Notes: generated by a model not told the origin, from the sequence alone. Counted from the stretch's first letter, positions 9,671 through 20,365 are shown. The stretch: 64,000 bases of DNA from Candidatus Latescibacterota bacterium (GCA_965237675.1 OZ250150.1:4864001-4928000); one strand, 5' to 3'. Translations and numbers: made by a program.

Positions 9671-11428
9671 GTGTCGATGCAACGGGACCAAATCGAAACC
9701 GAGATTCGGCGGCGCGCCGATGGTTACAAGCCCCAGACCCATCTGATTGCCGACTATTACAGGATTCGGCGGAAAATCGCCTACCCCCTTCCGGTCCGCA
9801 AGATCGATCTGCCCGGACTGCCGATCCCCGGCATCGCTGCGTATCCATGGTCCATTTGGATGACCTGGAGCCTGGAAGAGCGAATCCTCAGCCTCGGTTG
9901 GGCGGGGTCCTGGTTCCGCGACGAACAGGCGCGCCGGTTGGCCGTTTCCGACCTGGACGCCCTGGCCGAATGGCCGTGCTACCGCCAGTTTCCGATGCCC
10001 GACCTGAGTTCGGGTCACGCACTGCGCATCCTGTGGCTGGCCTGCACCCGGTGGGACTGGCTGCCCCGGAGCCTGCCGGGGAAGATCGAACGGGCGTTTC
10101 ACCGCCACATTGAAGACACGCTCCCGCTGTCCGACGCCAGGCACGGCGCGTTTGAGAGCAAGGACGATATCCTCGCCCTGGACGAACCCCACACCGTGCT
10201 CCACAACATCCCGTTTATCGGCACGGTCGGCCTCGCCCTGGCCGCCAACTGCGTTTCACATCCCGCCGCTGAATCGTTGAACCGCAGGCTGGAGGCGCTC
10301 CTTGGCGCGATCCTGGACCTGCGCGAAACCGGTCATTCGGAGGGGATCGGTTACGACGGGTACACCCTGGACTTCGCCGCCGATTGGCTGGGGACACTTT
10401 CCGGGACCAGACGGACGGCCCTTATGGACCATCCGCGCTTCGGCGACGTCCTGGATGAGTCCATCGCGCTCGGAGCTCCCGGCAACATCGCAAATGTAGC
10501 CCAGTTAAGCGACGCGGAACCCCGGGAGATGCCGTTCCACGTCTCCTGCCACGCCAAACTTTACCCATACGGGCCCTCGCCCCGTATGGGCTGGTACCTG
10601 AAACGCTGCCGCCCGCCCTGGTTGCGCGCCGACGCCCTGGGTGCGCTCCACGAGGTAGCCGAAGATCTTAAATGTGAGCCGCCGGAAGCCGGAGCTATCG
10701 ATGCGCACTATGCGGTCGTGCTCAGGAGCGGATGGGAGCCGGACGACCTGGCGGCGGCCATGGCGGCAAGCAACTCGAAGATGAGCCACGTCCACAACGA
10801 CAACGGCTCCATCGTCGTCGGCGCCGGAGGCCGCTGGCCGATATCCGACCCCGGCTATCAACAGTATATGAAGAAAAGGGAACGTGAATTCACCCTGGGG
10901 CTCACGGCACACAATGCGCCGGTCATCAATGGTATGGCACAGACAGGGAAGCCGGCGGATCGCCCGATCGCCCTGCGGCAATGCGACGGAACCACGCATA
11001 TGGCCGAACTGGACCTGACCGGGTGTTATCCCGCCAGGCTGGCGTTGAAACGGGTCGTTCGAACGCTATGGCTTTCGGAAAAAAACCTGGTTGTCCTCGC
11101 CGACCGCGTGCGAGGCGCCTCCGTCGAGTCTATCACCTATCACTGGCACGGGCACCCCGACGCCGCCTGGTGGGTGGAGGACGACATGGCCCGGATCTAC
11201 GCGCCCGACCTTACCCTCTGGCTTGGCTCGCCGCAGGCCCGGATCACAGACGAAAATGTAGACCGGCTCCCCGGTTCCAGGGGCCATCTCACGCTTCGCG
11301 CGAGCGCCGATTCATCCGCGCCTTTCGTCTGGTGGATATTCGCGAAAGGCGATACCCGGCCCAACGTGACTTTGCACGAACGGGGGTGCGAGATTCGCGT
11401 GGACGGCCGCAGTTTTCAGGTTTCATGA
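9671..11428 (+). CDS. Heparinase II/III family protein
   Basis: SEGIGYDGY, VVLRSGW, HVHNDNGS, SDPGYQQY and AHNAPVING motifs. Confidence 0.8.
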   Translation: MSMQRDQIETEIRRRADGYKPQTHLIADYYRIRRKIAYPLPVRKIDLPGLPIPGIAAYPWSIWMTWSLEERILSLGWAGSWFRDEQARRLAVSDLDALAEWPCYRQFPMPDLSSGHALRILWLACTRWDWLPRSLPGKIERAFHRHIEDTLPLSDARHGAFESKDDILALDEPHTVLHNIPFIGTVGLALAANCVSHPAAESLNRRLEALLGAILDLRETGHSEGIGYDGYTLDFAADWLGTLSGTRRTALMDHPRFGDVLDESIALGAPGNIANVAQLSDAEPREMPFHVSCHAKLYPYGPSPRMGWYLKRCRPPWLRADALGALHEVAEDLKCEPPEAGAIDAHYAVVLRSGWEPDDLAAAMAASNSKMSHVHNDNGSIVVGAGGRWPISDPGYQQYMKKREREFTLGLTAHNAPVINGMAQTGKPADRPIALRQCDGTTHMAELDLTGCYPARLALKRVVRTLWLSEKNLVVLADRVRGASVESITYHWHGHPDAAWWVEDDMARIYAPDLTLWLGSPQARITDENVDRLPGSRGHLTLRASADSSAPFVWWIFAKGDTRPNVTLHERGCEIRVDGRSFQVS

Positions 11429-11548
11429 TCGTACGCATCGGACACAAACCTAAGCCAGCCGTCCCGCTACGGGACGCGGTTACCGGCCAGGACCGATTCC
11501 AGGATATATCCAGGCCTCCGTCAGCGCTCGAATGGAAGGAACTTTGGA

Positions 11549-13480
11549 ATGAACGCTTCCAAAATCTGCGACGTCCCTTTCCTGGCGCCCTCCAATTCCC
11601 CGGGGGAACTCATCTTCGACCCCAAACTGGGCCGCCGTGTGCTTTACCAATCCATGTTCTCCGCGGTTCCGGGGCGTCCGCCCGCCCTGGTACGCACCGA
11701 CTTCGAACGCCACGAATACGCGTCATTCGCCCAGCCGGACGGCCGCGGGACCTGGAAGGTCCGTCTTCTGTCCGACAACAAAATCTGGTTCGGCATGAAC
11801 GGACCGGGGCAACTCGCCTGTTTCAACCCGGTCACCGAGTCCTACGAAGACGTCCCGCCCCATAACCCGGCAACGAAAAACTCCCACCTCACGGACGTCG
11901 TCGAAGGACCGGACGGACGGCTGTACATGCCCGGCTTTCCCTCCGGCGACTGTGTGGCCTACGACCGGGACACCGGCGAATACGGGGAAGTCGCGGTCGA
12001 GGAGAGAAACCACCAGCTTTTCGCCGCCTGTCTCACCGACGGCGGACACATCGGCATTCTGAACGGCCTTCAGCACGGCGTCTACGCCCTCGACCCGCGC
12101 ACCGACGAAGTTAACGTGGTGTCACCGTCCCACCTTACCGGTCGGCCGGACGCTTACAGCGGCTTCCTGCGCATTGGCGATCAGTTCCTGGCCACCCTCG
12201 GGCATCCCGAAGGCGGCATTGAAGTCTGTCGTTTCTCCGCGCTCGACCTCAGCTTTCTCGGTTCCTTCGTTGTCACGACCGTGGTTACCTCCGGACGAAA
12301 CCTCATGGCCTCGCCGGGCGGACGCGTTTATATGAGCGTGGACGACGGCTACATTTACGCCATTGACCTGGAAACGGAAACCGCCGAACTGGCCTGCCGT
12401 ATCCATGGCGTTCCCAGCCGGGGCCACTACCACTTTCTGGACGAGAATCGGGCTATCTTCGCCGGCCATTCCCAGTATTACGGCATCTGCGACATCCGGA
12501 CCGCCGAAATCGACCTCCACCGGACCGAGATCGAAAACCCCCCTATCGGCATCTTCTCCATCCTGCAGGCCTCTTCCGGAGATATATACTGCTCGGCCCA
12601 TCTGGGCCTTTCCCTCTCACGCGTGGATCCGAAATCAGGACGGGAGGATATATTGGGCCTGACGTACAACGGATCCGGCGAAATCTACGGCAGCGCCGAA
12701 GCCTGCGGCAACATCTACAGTATCTCCTACACCCACAACGTCCTAACCGTATACAATCCGAATCGACCCTGGCGCCCAGGCCCCGACGCCGGCGACAACC
12801 CCCGGAATCTCGGACCAGTGGGAGACGAACAGTACCGCCCCGTCACCGGCATTCTCAACGGACCGGGAGAAAGACTCTACATCGGATCCATGCCGGAGTA
12901 TGGGTCCCGGGGCGGCGCGCTTACCGTTGTCGATCCTGCCGACAACAGTCAGAGATCTTACCGCCACCTGGTCCCGGACCATTCCATTCTGGGCCTGGCC
13001 GTCGGCCCCGAACACGTGTATCTCGGCACCAGCATCATTGCCGACGGCTTTATCCGGCCCGCCGAAGGCGACGCCTGTTTTCTGATTTTCGATCCCGAAT
13101 GCGAAAGCGTTCTGTTCGAACAGGAAATCGAGGGCGCCCGCAGCCTCGTTACAATGGGATACAGCACGGACCGTGTCTTTTTCTGGACCGACGACCACGC
13201 AGGCGGCAACCGCTTTTTCGTCTGCCGCCTTGCGGACCGCGCCTTCCGCACGCCCAACACCTCGCTCACCGGCGGCAGACCGCACAACCGGCCCATGGTA
13301 ACCGGAGCGGACGGCAACCTCTACTTCACCCACGGAAACCGCATAGTTCGCCTCGATCCCCAAACCGAAGCGCTCGCCATTGCCCACACCGCGGTCCCTG
13401 GCGAGACGCCGATTCTGGCCGCGATCGGCAACGGTATCCTGTTCTCCCAACGCCACGAACTCTGGCTTGGTACTATATAG
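11549..13480 (+). CDS. Hypothetical beta-propeller protein
   Basis: 643-aa ORF in the operon; repeated GPDGRLY-type blade motifs. Confidence 0.7.
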   Translation: MNASKICDVPFLAPSNSPGELIFDPKLGRRVLYQSMFSAVPGRPPALVRTDFERHEYASFAQPDGRGTWKVRLLSDNKIWFGMNGPGQLACFNPVTESYEDVPPHNPATKNSHLTDVVEGPDGRLYMPGFPSGDCVAYDRDTGEYGEVAVEERNHQLFAACLTDGGHIGILNGLQHGVYALDPRTDEVNVVSPSHLTGRPDAYSGFLRIGDQFLATLGHPEGGIEVCRFSALDLSFLGSFVVTTVVTSGRNLMASPGGRVYMSVDDGYIYAIDLETETAELACRIHGVPSRGHYHFLDENRAIFAGHSQYYGICDIRTAEIDLHRTEIENPPIGIFSILQASSGDIYCSAHLGLSLSRVDPKSGREDILGLTYNGSGEIYGSAEACGNIYSISYTHNVLTVYNPNRPWRPGPDAGDNPRNLGPVGDEQYRPVTGILNGPGERLYIGSMPEYGSRGGALTVVDPADNSQRSYRHLVPDHSILGLAVGPEHVYLGTSIIADGFIRPAEGDACFLIFDPECESVLFEQEIEGARSLVTMGYSTDRVFFWTDDHAGGNRFFVCRLADRAFRTPNTSLTGGRPHNRPMVTGADGNLYFTHGNRIVRLDPQTEALAIAHTAVPGETPILAAIGNGILFSQRHELWLGTI

Positions 13481-13521
13481 GTTGGGTCACACGCACCGTA
13501 CTCTCAAGAACGGAACCCGAC

Positions 13522-15648
13522 GTGAAAGGCAATCCCCATTGGAAAAACCGGATACGCCCCGACCACCCCCGGCTGTTCCTTAACGGCGATACGTTGCCGG
13601 CGATCCGCGCCCGCGCGTTGAGCGTCTGCAACGACCACTACCTCGAGGTCAAGTCGTTCGCCGAGGCGTCTCCACCCGACCTCGAATGGGCCGTTGTCAA
13701 CCGGCCGCCACCGATGCCCGACGGCACGGAAGTGCGCGATTGGGGCCATCGGATGATGGGCTCGGCCATCGTCTATCTCGTGGAACCCACCGCCGCACGC
13801 CTGGCCCGACTCACATCGGAACTGCACGCAAGCGCTGAATACTACCACGCCTGTTACGCCGAGAACGAATCCGTCAACTGGTACGCCGCCAGTCGCGCCG
13901 CCTGCCTGGTTGCCCTGGACTGGATCTGGAATGAATTATCCGCGGAAGACCGCCGCGTGATTGCCCTCCGCCTGCTCGACCACGTGGACGAAGCCCTTCA
14001 TAAGCCCGGCATCCGTCGCCGCAACGGTTCCGACCACCGCAGCGGATTCTACGGCGCGCCCAGCCTGGCCTGGTTCGCGGGGCTCCTGCTCCACGGGGAA
14101 GGTATCGACGATAGCCGGGCGGACCGTTTTCTCGAACGGGGCTACGACGACCACGTAAAGCTGCTGGTTCACCGCGCGTCCGCGTGCGGCGACGACGGCG
14201 GCGAAGCCTCGCCCACGCTCGGGTACGCGTTCGGCGAATACCCGCTCGCGCAATGGAACTTCATCCATACGTTCCGATCGGCAACCGGCGAAGACATTTC
14301 CGCGAACTGGCCGCACATCCGGATGTTTCCCAACTACGTTATCTGGAACTGGCTTCCTGGCGACCTCGAGTTCGGTTATGGCGACAACACGCATACGGAC
14401 AACAGCATGCGGACAAACTGGATGTACACCCATATGTCCCACATTATGCACTTTTTCGGTCAATCCCATCCCGAGTGGGCCGGACTGGCGCGATATATCC
14501 GGAACATGGCCGGCGGCGGCTTTCCGCTGGACAAGTGGCCCATCTACCCGTTTCTGCTCGACGGACTCGACAGCGCGCCGCAGGCTGCGGGCCCGGACGT
14601 CCTGCCGCCCGCGCGCCACTTCGAAAACCTGGGTCAGATATTCATGCGTTCCGGCTCCGGCGACGACGATACGTATGCCCTGTTTTGCGGCGGCGGGAGC
14701 CTGAGAAGCCACCGCCACTACGACGCCACGCACTTCACCATCTACAAGAAGGGCTTCCTTGCCCTTGACAGCGGCACCCGCATGGGCAACACCGACAACC
14801 TGCAGAACTACTACGCGCAGACCGTCGCCCACAATTGTATATTGATCAAGATGCCCGGCGAGGCGCCATCGCCTTACTGGAACGGCGAGGTCTACGGGCA
14901 GGCCGGCGGCCAGAATAAAACCATCGGCTCAGACATTATCGCCTTCGAAACCAACCCCCACTTCACCTACGTCGCCGCTGACGCCACCCCAGTCTACAAT
15001 GCCGAAAAATGCGCCTTCATGGTCCGCCAGTTCATTTTCGTGCCGCCGGATCATTTCGTCGTGTTCGACAGAGTCGCAGCAACCAGCCCCGACTACGCCA
15101 AAACCTGGCTCATGCACCATGCCAACGAACCCTGGGTTGAGGACCGCACATGGAGGTCGGATCAGGACCGGGGACGCATTTTCGTCCGGACACTCTTACC
15201 CGAAGACGCCGTTCTCGACAGGGTTGGCGGACCCGGTAAGGAGTTCCTCGCCGACGGCGTCAACTATGCGATCGACGCCGGTCCTTCGAAGCTCATCGTT
15301 GAGAACAAATATCCGATCGGAAGGATGCACTACGAAGAGGTTCCCGAGTTTATGGGCCGCTGGCGCATGGAAATCAGACCGGGCGCGGCCCGGAAAGAGG
15401 ATCTCTTCCTGCACCTCATACAGGTCGGCGATCAATCGCTCTGCGCGATGAGCGACGCAAACGTCACCGTGAAAGGGGCTCAAGTCGAACTCAGCTTCAG
15501 CGGAACCGATGAGGAGACTTTCGTCTCATTCGCGGCAAGAGGTGAGGCTGGCGGCCACATCAGGCGCGTTCGGAAGGGAGAACCGGTCGTCGACAAAAGC
15601 CTCGCCCGGGATGTTCAGGCCCAGGCCGGTCTTGCCAGATCCGAATAG
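13522..15648 (+). CDS. Heparinase II/III family polysaccharide lyase (heparinase II-like)
   Basis: PDHPRLFL N-terminus, IFMRSG, HRHYDATHFTIYKKGFLALDSG and YYAQTVAHN motifs; GTG start at 13522 inferred to avoid overlap with the upstream gene. Confidence 0.82.
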   Translation: MKGNPHWKNRIRPDHPRLFLNGDTLPAIRARALSVCNDHYLEVKSFAEASPPDLEWAVVNRPPPMPDGTEVRDWGHRMMGSAIVYLVEPTAARLARLTSELHASAEYYHACYAENESVNWYAASRAACLVALDWIWNELSAEDRRVIALRLLDHVDEALHKPGIRRRNGSDHRSGFYGAPSLAWFAGLLLHGEGIDDSRADRFLERGYDDHVKLLVHRASACGDDGGEASPTLGYAFGEYPLAQWNFIHTFRSATGEDISANWPHIRMFPNYVIWNWLPGDLEFGYGDNTHTDNSMRTNWMYTHMSHIMHFFGQSHPEWAGLARYIRNMAGGGFPLDKWPIYPFLLDGLDSAPQAAGPDVLPPARHFENLGQIFMRSGSGDDDTYALFCGGGSLRSHRHYDATHFTIYKKGFLALDSGTRMGNTDNLQNYYAQTVAHNCILIKMPGEAPSPYWNGEVYGQAGGQNKTIGSDIIAFETNPHFTYVAADATPVYNAEKCAFMVRQFIFVPPDHFVVFDRVAATSPDYAKTWLMHHANEPWVEDRTWRSDQDRGRIFVRTLLPEDAVLDRVGGPGKEFLADGVNYAIDAGPSKLIVENKYPIGRMHYEEVPEFMGRWRMEIRPGAARKEDLFLHLIQVGDQSLCAMSDANVTVKGAQVELSFSGTDEETFVSFAARGEAGGHIRRVRKGEPVVDKSLARDVQAQAGLARSE

Positions 15649-15708
15649 GTCCGTTTGCACGCGTGGCGCGCGGATTCCCGCCTATTGGATTTAACGGAGA
15701 AACATCAA

Positions 15709-16611
15709 ATGAACGAATTTCGCGGCATCTACCCCGCGCTGATCACACCGATGACGCGTCAAGGCGACTTTAACGAAGATGCCTTCCGTCGGCTCGTGGA
15801 ATACAATATAAAATCGGGCGCCCACGGTTTCTGGGTTGCCGGCGGCGCCGGTGAAAGCGTTCTGCTGGAAGACGAAGAAAATGCCCGCATTGCCGAAGCC
15901 GCCGCCGACCAGGCCGCCGACCGCGCCAGAATCATCATGCACGTGGGGGCGGCCACCACCGTACGTGCCGCCAGAATGGCCGAGAACGCCGCAAAGGCCG
16001 GGGTTGATGCCATCTGCGCCGTACCTCCCTTCTTCTATCGGACCGGACCGGACGAAATCGCCGAACACTACCGGGTCATCGGCGCAGCGGCAGACCTTCC
16101 CCTGTTCATCTATAACCTTCCAGGCGCCACGGGTGTAGAGATCACCCTCGAATTGGCCGAGAAGATCCGGGAGCACGTACCGCAACTCGCCGGACTGAAA
16201 CATTCCGCTCCGGCATTCGCGAACACGCGCCACTTCACCAGGATGGGCCTTTCGTGCCTCATCGGCAGCGCCGCGCTGCTCCTCCCCGCGCTCACCATTG
16301 GCGCATCAGGCTGCGTGGACGGCCCCCTTTCACTGTCTCCGGATGTGTGGGTTAATATCTGGTCGGCGTACCACGCCGGCGACATTAAGTCTGCCGAAGC
16401 GGAACAGGAACGGGCCGCAGAGCTCTATACGATCTTCAACCGAGCCGGATATATCGCGTCCATGAAGGCCCTGCTATCCGAGAAACTCGGCATCGACTGC
16501 GGCGACCCCCGCCTCCCGCAACGTCCGCTTACCCGCGAGGAGAGAGACTTCGTCATCCGGACGGCGACGGCACTGGGGATGATGGAAATCGATAGTCGGG
16601 ATGGCCGCTGA
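15709..16611 (+). CDS. DHDPS/N-acetylneuraminate lyase family aldolase
   Basis: GIYPALITP, GGAGES, FIYNLPGATG and AGLKHS motifs; lacks the canonical GTTGE, so probably not dapA. Confidence 0.85.
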   Translation: MNEFRGIYPALITPMTRQGDFNEDAFRRLVEYNIKSGAHGFWVAGGAGESVLLEDEENARIAEAAADQAADRARIIMHVGAATTVRAARMAENAAKAGVDAICAVPPFFYRTGPDEIAEHYRVIGAAADLPLFIYNLPGATGVEITLELAEKIREHVPQLAGLKHSAPAFANTRHFTRMGLSCLIGSAALLLPALTIGASGCVDGPLSLSPDVWVNIWSAYHAGDIKSAEAEQERAAELYTIFNRAGYIASMKALLSEKLGIDCGDPRLPQRPLTREERDFVIRTATALGMMEIDSRDGR

Positions 16612-16688
16612 CCGTTCCGGCCCATGCCGATATCCATTGCCGACGCTTTGTGCGGCACCTTTGAACCCTTTTAACGGAGAACGCCCGT

Positions 16689-17597
16689 ATGATTCCCTTA
16701 CTCAGCAGCCTTTGCTACGGACCGCTTGAAGTCTGCCATCTTCCCAGGACCTGGTGGAAAGTCCTGCTTCGGAACGCGGGCCTGCTCGACGAAGAATACC
16801 CCGACGTCAGCGAAGGCCTGGACAAATCCGTCCTGGAAGTGCTGAACCTGGACAGAGAGACGACCCTGGCGTATTTGCGTGAGAATATGCCCGGCTACCT
16901 CCAGTTCGAAGCCTGGGTCCTCAGACAAAACCACGGAAAGCTCGATCGAAGGGCAATCGATACCTGGAATGAATCCGTGCGCACGCGCGTTCACACCCGG
17001 CCCGATAAGCTGCAGGAAACCACGAGTGACATCGGCATTCCCAACGACGGTACGATCACTTCAGCCGTGATCCTCAACAGCCTCCAGGACTGGTCGCTTT
17101 TCTACAGGCGGGACGTGATGGGGGGATTCGCAACCCTGGGCGGTCGTGTGGTACCCCTCGTCTCCAGCCTGGACTACGGACCACTCAACGTCTGCCAACT
17201 CCCGCGTACCTGGCTGAAGATACTGCTCAGAGCCCGAAATCTGCTTCATCCCGACTATCCCGACATGACCGATAACGGCCTGGATCCCCTGGCGCTGCGC
17301 GCTGTCAACATCCAGCCGCATGACGCCGTTTGTTTCGTCCGGGAAAACGCGCCCTCATATCTTGACTTCGAAGCCTGGATTCTGCGACAGAACGACGGAT
17401 GTGTCGACCCCGGCCCCGTCGACGAATGGAACACATTCGTGCGAACCCGAATCCATTCAAATGAAAAAATCGTGGATATTCACAATACACTCGGCCTGGA
17501 AAACGACGGCAGCCTGACCTCCGCCGTCGTCCTCAATCACGTTGAAGACTGGCACTTCGCGCATGCCGACCTGACGGGCGGGGGCGACAGTTCGTGA
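16689..17597 (+). CDS. Internally duplicated DUF5069-like protein
   Basis: Two copies of PL.SSL.YGPL.VC.LPRTW.K.LLR...YL.FEAW.L...TSAV.LN...DW. Confidence 0.75.
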   Translation: MIPLLSSLCYGPLEVCHLPRTWWKVLLRNAGLLDEEYPDVSEGLDKSVLEVLNLDRETTLAYLRENMPGYLQFEAWVLRQNHGKLDRRAIDTWNESVRTRVHTRPDKLQETTSDIGIPNDGTITSAVILNSLQDWSLFYRRDVMGGFATLGGRVVPLVSSLDYGPLNVCQLPRTWLKILLRARNLLHPDYPDMTDNGLDPLALRAVNIQPHDAVCFVRENAPSYLDFEAWILRQNDGCVDPGPVDEWNTFVRTRIHSNEKIVDIHNTLGLENDGSLTSAVVLNHVEDWHFAHADLTGGGDSS

Positions 17598-17640
17598 ACA
17601 CCGCCCGAAAATCCGGACTCTCTACGAGTCGATTTAATTA

Positions 17641-17669
17641 TTGACATAACGCGAGCCATGGATTAAACT
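17641..17669 (+). promoter_or_regulatory. sigma70-type promoter at the head of the WD40 array
   Basis: TTGACA-17 nt-TAAACT in an AT-rich patch. Confidence 0.6.
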
Positions 17670-17855
17670 ACCACTAAAGTTACGTATTAGTATACATCTT
17701 CCGTAAATAGAACCGGCGTCGCCGATCTTCCAGGTGCAGCCAGGAGCCCCAACGCCACCCGTGGTCACGCGAAGGCGCCAGGCCCTGAATGAGGCCGCAA
17801 GAGGGGATCCGCTTAGCCTGTGGTTGACGCCATTCTCAAACCCGTTAGCGTTTGA

Positions 17856-18036
17856 AAAGGAGGTGATACCGGAATCCACGTCGCCAAACGTTTTGCCGCT
17901 GTAGATGTACATGAGAAACTGTAGTTCGGGACAAGTGCTGAATTGATACGTTGCGCTGTGTGAGTGATCAAGCGAGGCCGCCGGAAACCGTACATCTGGT
18001 TTCGTCATTTCGCCATCACACCCTCCAGATCAATCC
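17856..18036 (+). repeat. Intergenic cassette unit B (SD, degenerate micro-ORF, structured tail), first copy
   Basis: AAAGGAGGTGAT, then a frame with CCG start, TAG at codon 12 and the conserved TGA at codon 26. Confidence 0.7.
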
Positions 18037-18040
18037 CCAA

Positions 18041-18353
18041 CAGTCCGTTGATAAAGTTGCTCTGCAGGCGGGACTCAGTGTCCCGTCCCGGAACATCGTC
18101 ACCGTTCATCCGGCGATTCACGCCGTCTCGCTCCGTTGCTTGCGCTGTTTGTGCTGAGCCTGTCGAAGGATGCCAGCCGGGCGACTAGGCGGCCGAATTT
18201 CGGCAATCTATTTCCGGGACGGAACACTTGCCAATGTGACCGAAGACAAGGCGTGCGTCCGAGCCGAATCGGTGGATTCGGCGAGGGAGCGCGACAAAGT
18301 AACTCGGCTACAAGAGCCGGTCGCACGACCGGATGGGCATTTTCGATGGGCTG
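18041..18353. mobile_element. Nested MITE-like insertion in the leader
   Basis: Absent from the paralogous leader at ~20545. Imperfect outer IRs CAGTCCGTTGATAAA / TTTTCGATGGGCTG; inner 17-bp IR at 18077-18093 / 18212-18228. Confidence 0.6.
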
Positions 18354-18389
18354 CCAGGTCCCATCAAGCACAGTCTCTTCCTACAGAAT

Positions 18390-18796
18390 CTTCACAGTAA
18401 TTCACCCCGTAATCACGTGAATCACAGTCCGTGGTATGGCTGGGCGGCGCGCCCTGCGCCTTAGTCTCAGTCAGTCACGGTAATCACGTGAACCGCAGTC
18501 CGGGGTGTGGTTGTGCGACGTGCCTTCCGCTTTAATCTCCCAGTTAAACACTGTAATCATATGAATCACAGTCCGGGTGTGGTTGGCCGGCGCGCTTTGC
18601 GGTTTAATCACGGTCAATCCCTGCAATCATAGTTAATCACAGTCCGGGTGTGGTTGGCCGGCGTGCCTTTCGGTATAGTCACCGCTAATCCCTGCAATCA
18701 TAGTTAATCACAGTCCGGGGCGGTGGCGGGGAAGTGCGCCCTGCGTTCTTAATCACAGTTCATCCCTGTAATCACAGTTAATCCTAGTCCGGGGGG
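18390..18796 (+). repeat. About 6 tandem copies of a 71-74-bp unit
   Basis: (C/T)AGTCC anchors at 18425, 18496, 18569, 18640, 18711 and 18785. Confidence 0.85.
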
Positions 18797-18802
18797 ATTC
18801 AG

Positions 18803-20101
18803 ATGAAAGGGTCAACGGTTTCGAGCCTCATTCTTCTTTCTACAGCTGTCTTGTGTGCACAGTTCGCCCACGCGCAGGACTACAATCGCTGGCGCTTGCC
18901 CGAAGGGGCCCTATTGCGGCTGGGCAAGGGAGACGTTCGCGCCGTGGTCTGGTCGCCGGACGGCTCGCGCCTGGCCGTGGGGGGCACCGCCGGCATCTGG
19001 CTCTACGACCCCCTCACCGGGGCCGAAGTTTCACTGATCACGGGCCATACGAGAAGAGTCAATTCAATGGTATATTCGACGGATGGGACGATGCTGGCAA
19101 GCGCCGGTCACGACGGTACGTTGCGGTTGTGGGACGTGGCCACAGGACAGGAAAGGAGCACCATCAAAGCCCATTTCGGGTCCGTCACTTCGGTGGCGTT
19201 TTCGCCGGATGGGATGACGGTGGCAAGCGCTGGTTATGAAGGTCCGGTGCGGTTGTGGGACGTGGCCACAGGGCAGGAGAAAAGCACCCTGGAAGGACAT
19301 ACCAATTGGGTCTTGTCGGTCACGTTTTCGCAGGATGGGACAATGCTGGCAAGCGCCAGTCGTGACAGTACGATGCGGTTGTGGGACGTGGCCACAGGGC
19401 AGGAAAAACACACCCTCACAGGACATTCCGCTGGGGTCAGGTCGGTGGCGTTTTCGCCGGATGGGACGACGCTGGTAAGCGGCAGTTACGACCATATGGT
19501 GCGGTTGTGGGACGCGGCCACAGGGCAGGAAAAACACACCCTCACAGGACATACCGCCGGGGTCTATTCGGTGGCGTTCTCGCCGGATGGGACGACGGTG
19601 GCCAGCGCCGGTCGTGACCGTACGGTGCGGTTGTGGGACGCGGCCACCGGGCAGGAAGAAAGGACCCTCACAGGACATATACGGACTGTCGAGTCGGTGG
19701 CGTTTTCGCCGGATGGTAGGACGCTGGTAAGCGGCAGCCCCTACAACAGGATGCTGCTGTGGGACGTGGACACCTGGCAGGAAAAAGGCGCCCTGACAGG
19801 ACATACGTGGTATCTCGTGACGGTGGCGTTTTCGCCGGATGGGAGGACGCTGGCCAGCGGCAGTTACGACGGCACGATTCTGCTGTGGGATGTGTCGCCG
19901 TATGTCGCACATCCCACGCTTGCCGCAGATTTCGACGGTGACGGGATCGTGGGTTTTCCCGACTTTCTGCGGTTCGCGCCGCAGTTCGGTCAGACCCAGG
20001 GTGATGCCGGATTTGACGCGCGATTCGATCTGGACGGAGACGGTACTGTCGGATTCAGCGATTTTGTGATCTTCGCACGCAGCTTCGGCCTGGGTGGATG
20101 A
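18803..20101 (+). CDS. Secreted WD40 protein (8 repeats) with C-terminal paired EF-hand/dockerin-like domain
   Basis: Signal peptide AHA-QD; GH..V.SVAFSPDG..LAS...D..VRLWD repeats; DFDGDG..GF.DF twice. Confidence 0.92.
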   Translation: MKGSTVSSLILLSTAVLCAQFAHAQDYNRWRLPEGALLRLGKGDVRAVVWSPDGSRLAVGGTAGIWLYDPLTGAEVSLITGHTRRVNSMVYSTDGTMLASAGHDGTLRLWDVATGQERSTIKAHFGSVTSVAFSPDGMTVASAGYEGPVRLWDVATGQEKSTLEGHTNWVLSVTFSQDGTMLASASRDSTMRLWDVATGQEKHTLTGHSAGVRSVAFSPDGTTLVSGSYDHMVRLWDAATGQEKHTLTGHTAGVYSVAFSPDGTTVASAGRDRTVRLWDAATGQEERTLTGHIRTVESVAFSPDGRTLVSGSPYNRMLLWDVDTWQEKGALTGHTWYLVTVAFSPDGRTLASGSYDGTILLWDVSPYVAHPTLAADFDGDGIVGFPDFLRFAPQFGQTQGDAGFDARFDLDGDGTVGFSDFVIFARSFGLGG

Positions 20102-20264
20102 CACGAAAGCACCATGGCAGAAACTGGTCGCTCAAGGTCTGCATGATTGCCGGGAACCCGCCGCTCGTGCGTGATCGCGGCTCGCCAATGGTACCGTTGG
20201 CGGATATCTGTATTGACATTCTATCGATCTCCTGATAAGACGGCCCCTGAGAAGGAGGTGATAA

Positions 20265-20339
20265 CTGAAATCAACACTGATAAACGTCTGGCAGTCGTAC
20301 GTCTACTTCAATGCGATGACCGGTTGTACAGTTCGTTAA
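20265..20339 (+). CDS. Putative 24-aa micro-peptide type A (LKSTLINVWQSYVYFNAMTGCTVR)
   Basis: GAAGGAGGTGAT SD, CTG start; six synonymous changes versus the copy at 27625. Confidence 0.5.
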   Translation: MKSTLINVWQSYVYFNAMTGCTVR

Positions 20340-20365
20340 CGCCGGTCTACTGCGTGTTCGCGTTA

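Noticed and set aside
13099-13521. N-terminal extension of the 849-aa ORF
   Set aside because: Overlaps the upstream gene by ~380 bp and is low-complexity Arg/Pro-rich; the family motif starts near 13522
15709-16611. Calling this gene dapA or nanA
   Set aside because: The pyruvate-binding motif is GGAGE rather than GTTGE/GSTGE; substrate cannot be assigned
17634-18008. Minus-strand or alternative-frame coding of the cassette (e.g. YSGKTFGDVDSGITSF; GGDIGIHVVK frame)
   Set aside because: These frames contain internal stops or inconsistent ends in several copies and lack an RBS; the SD-led plus frame has conserved length. Not formally excluded
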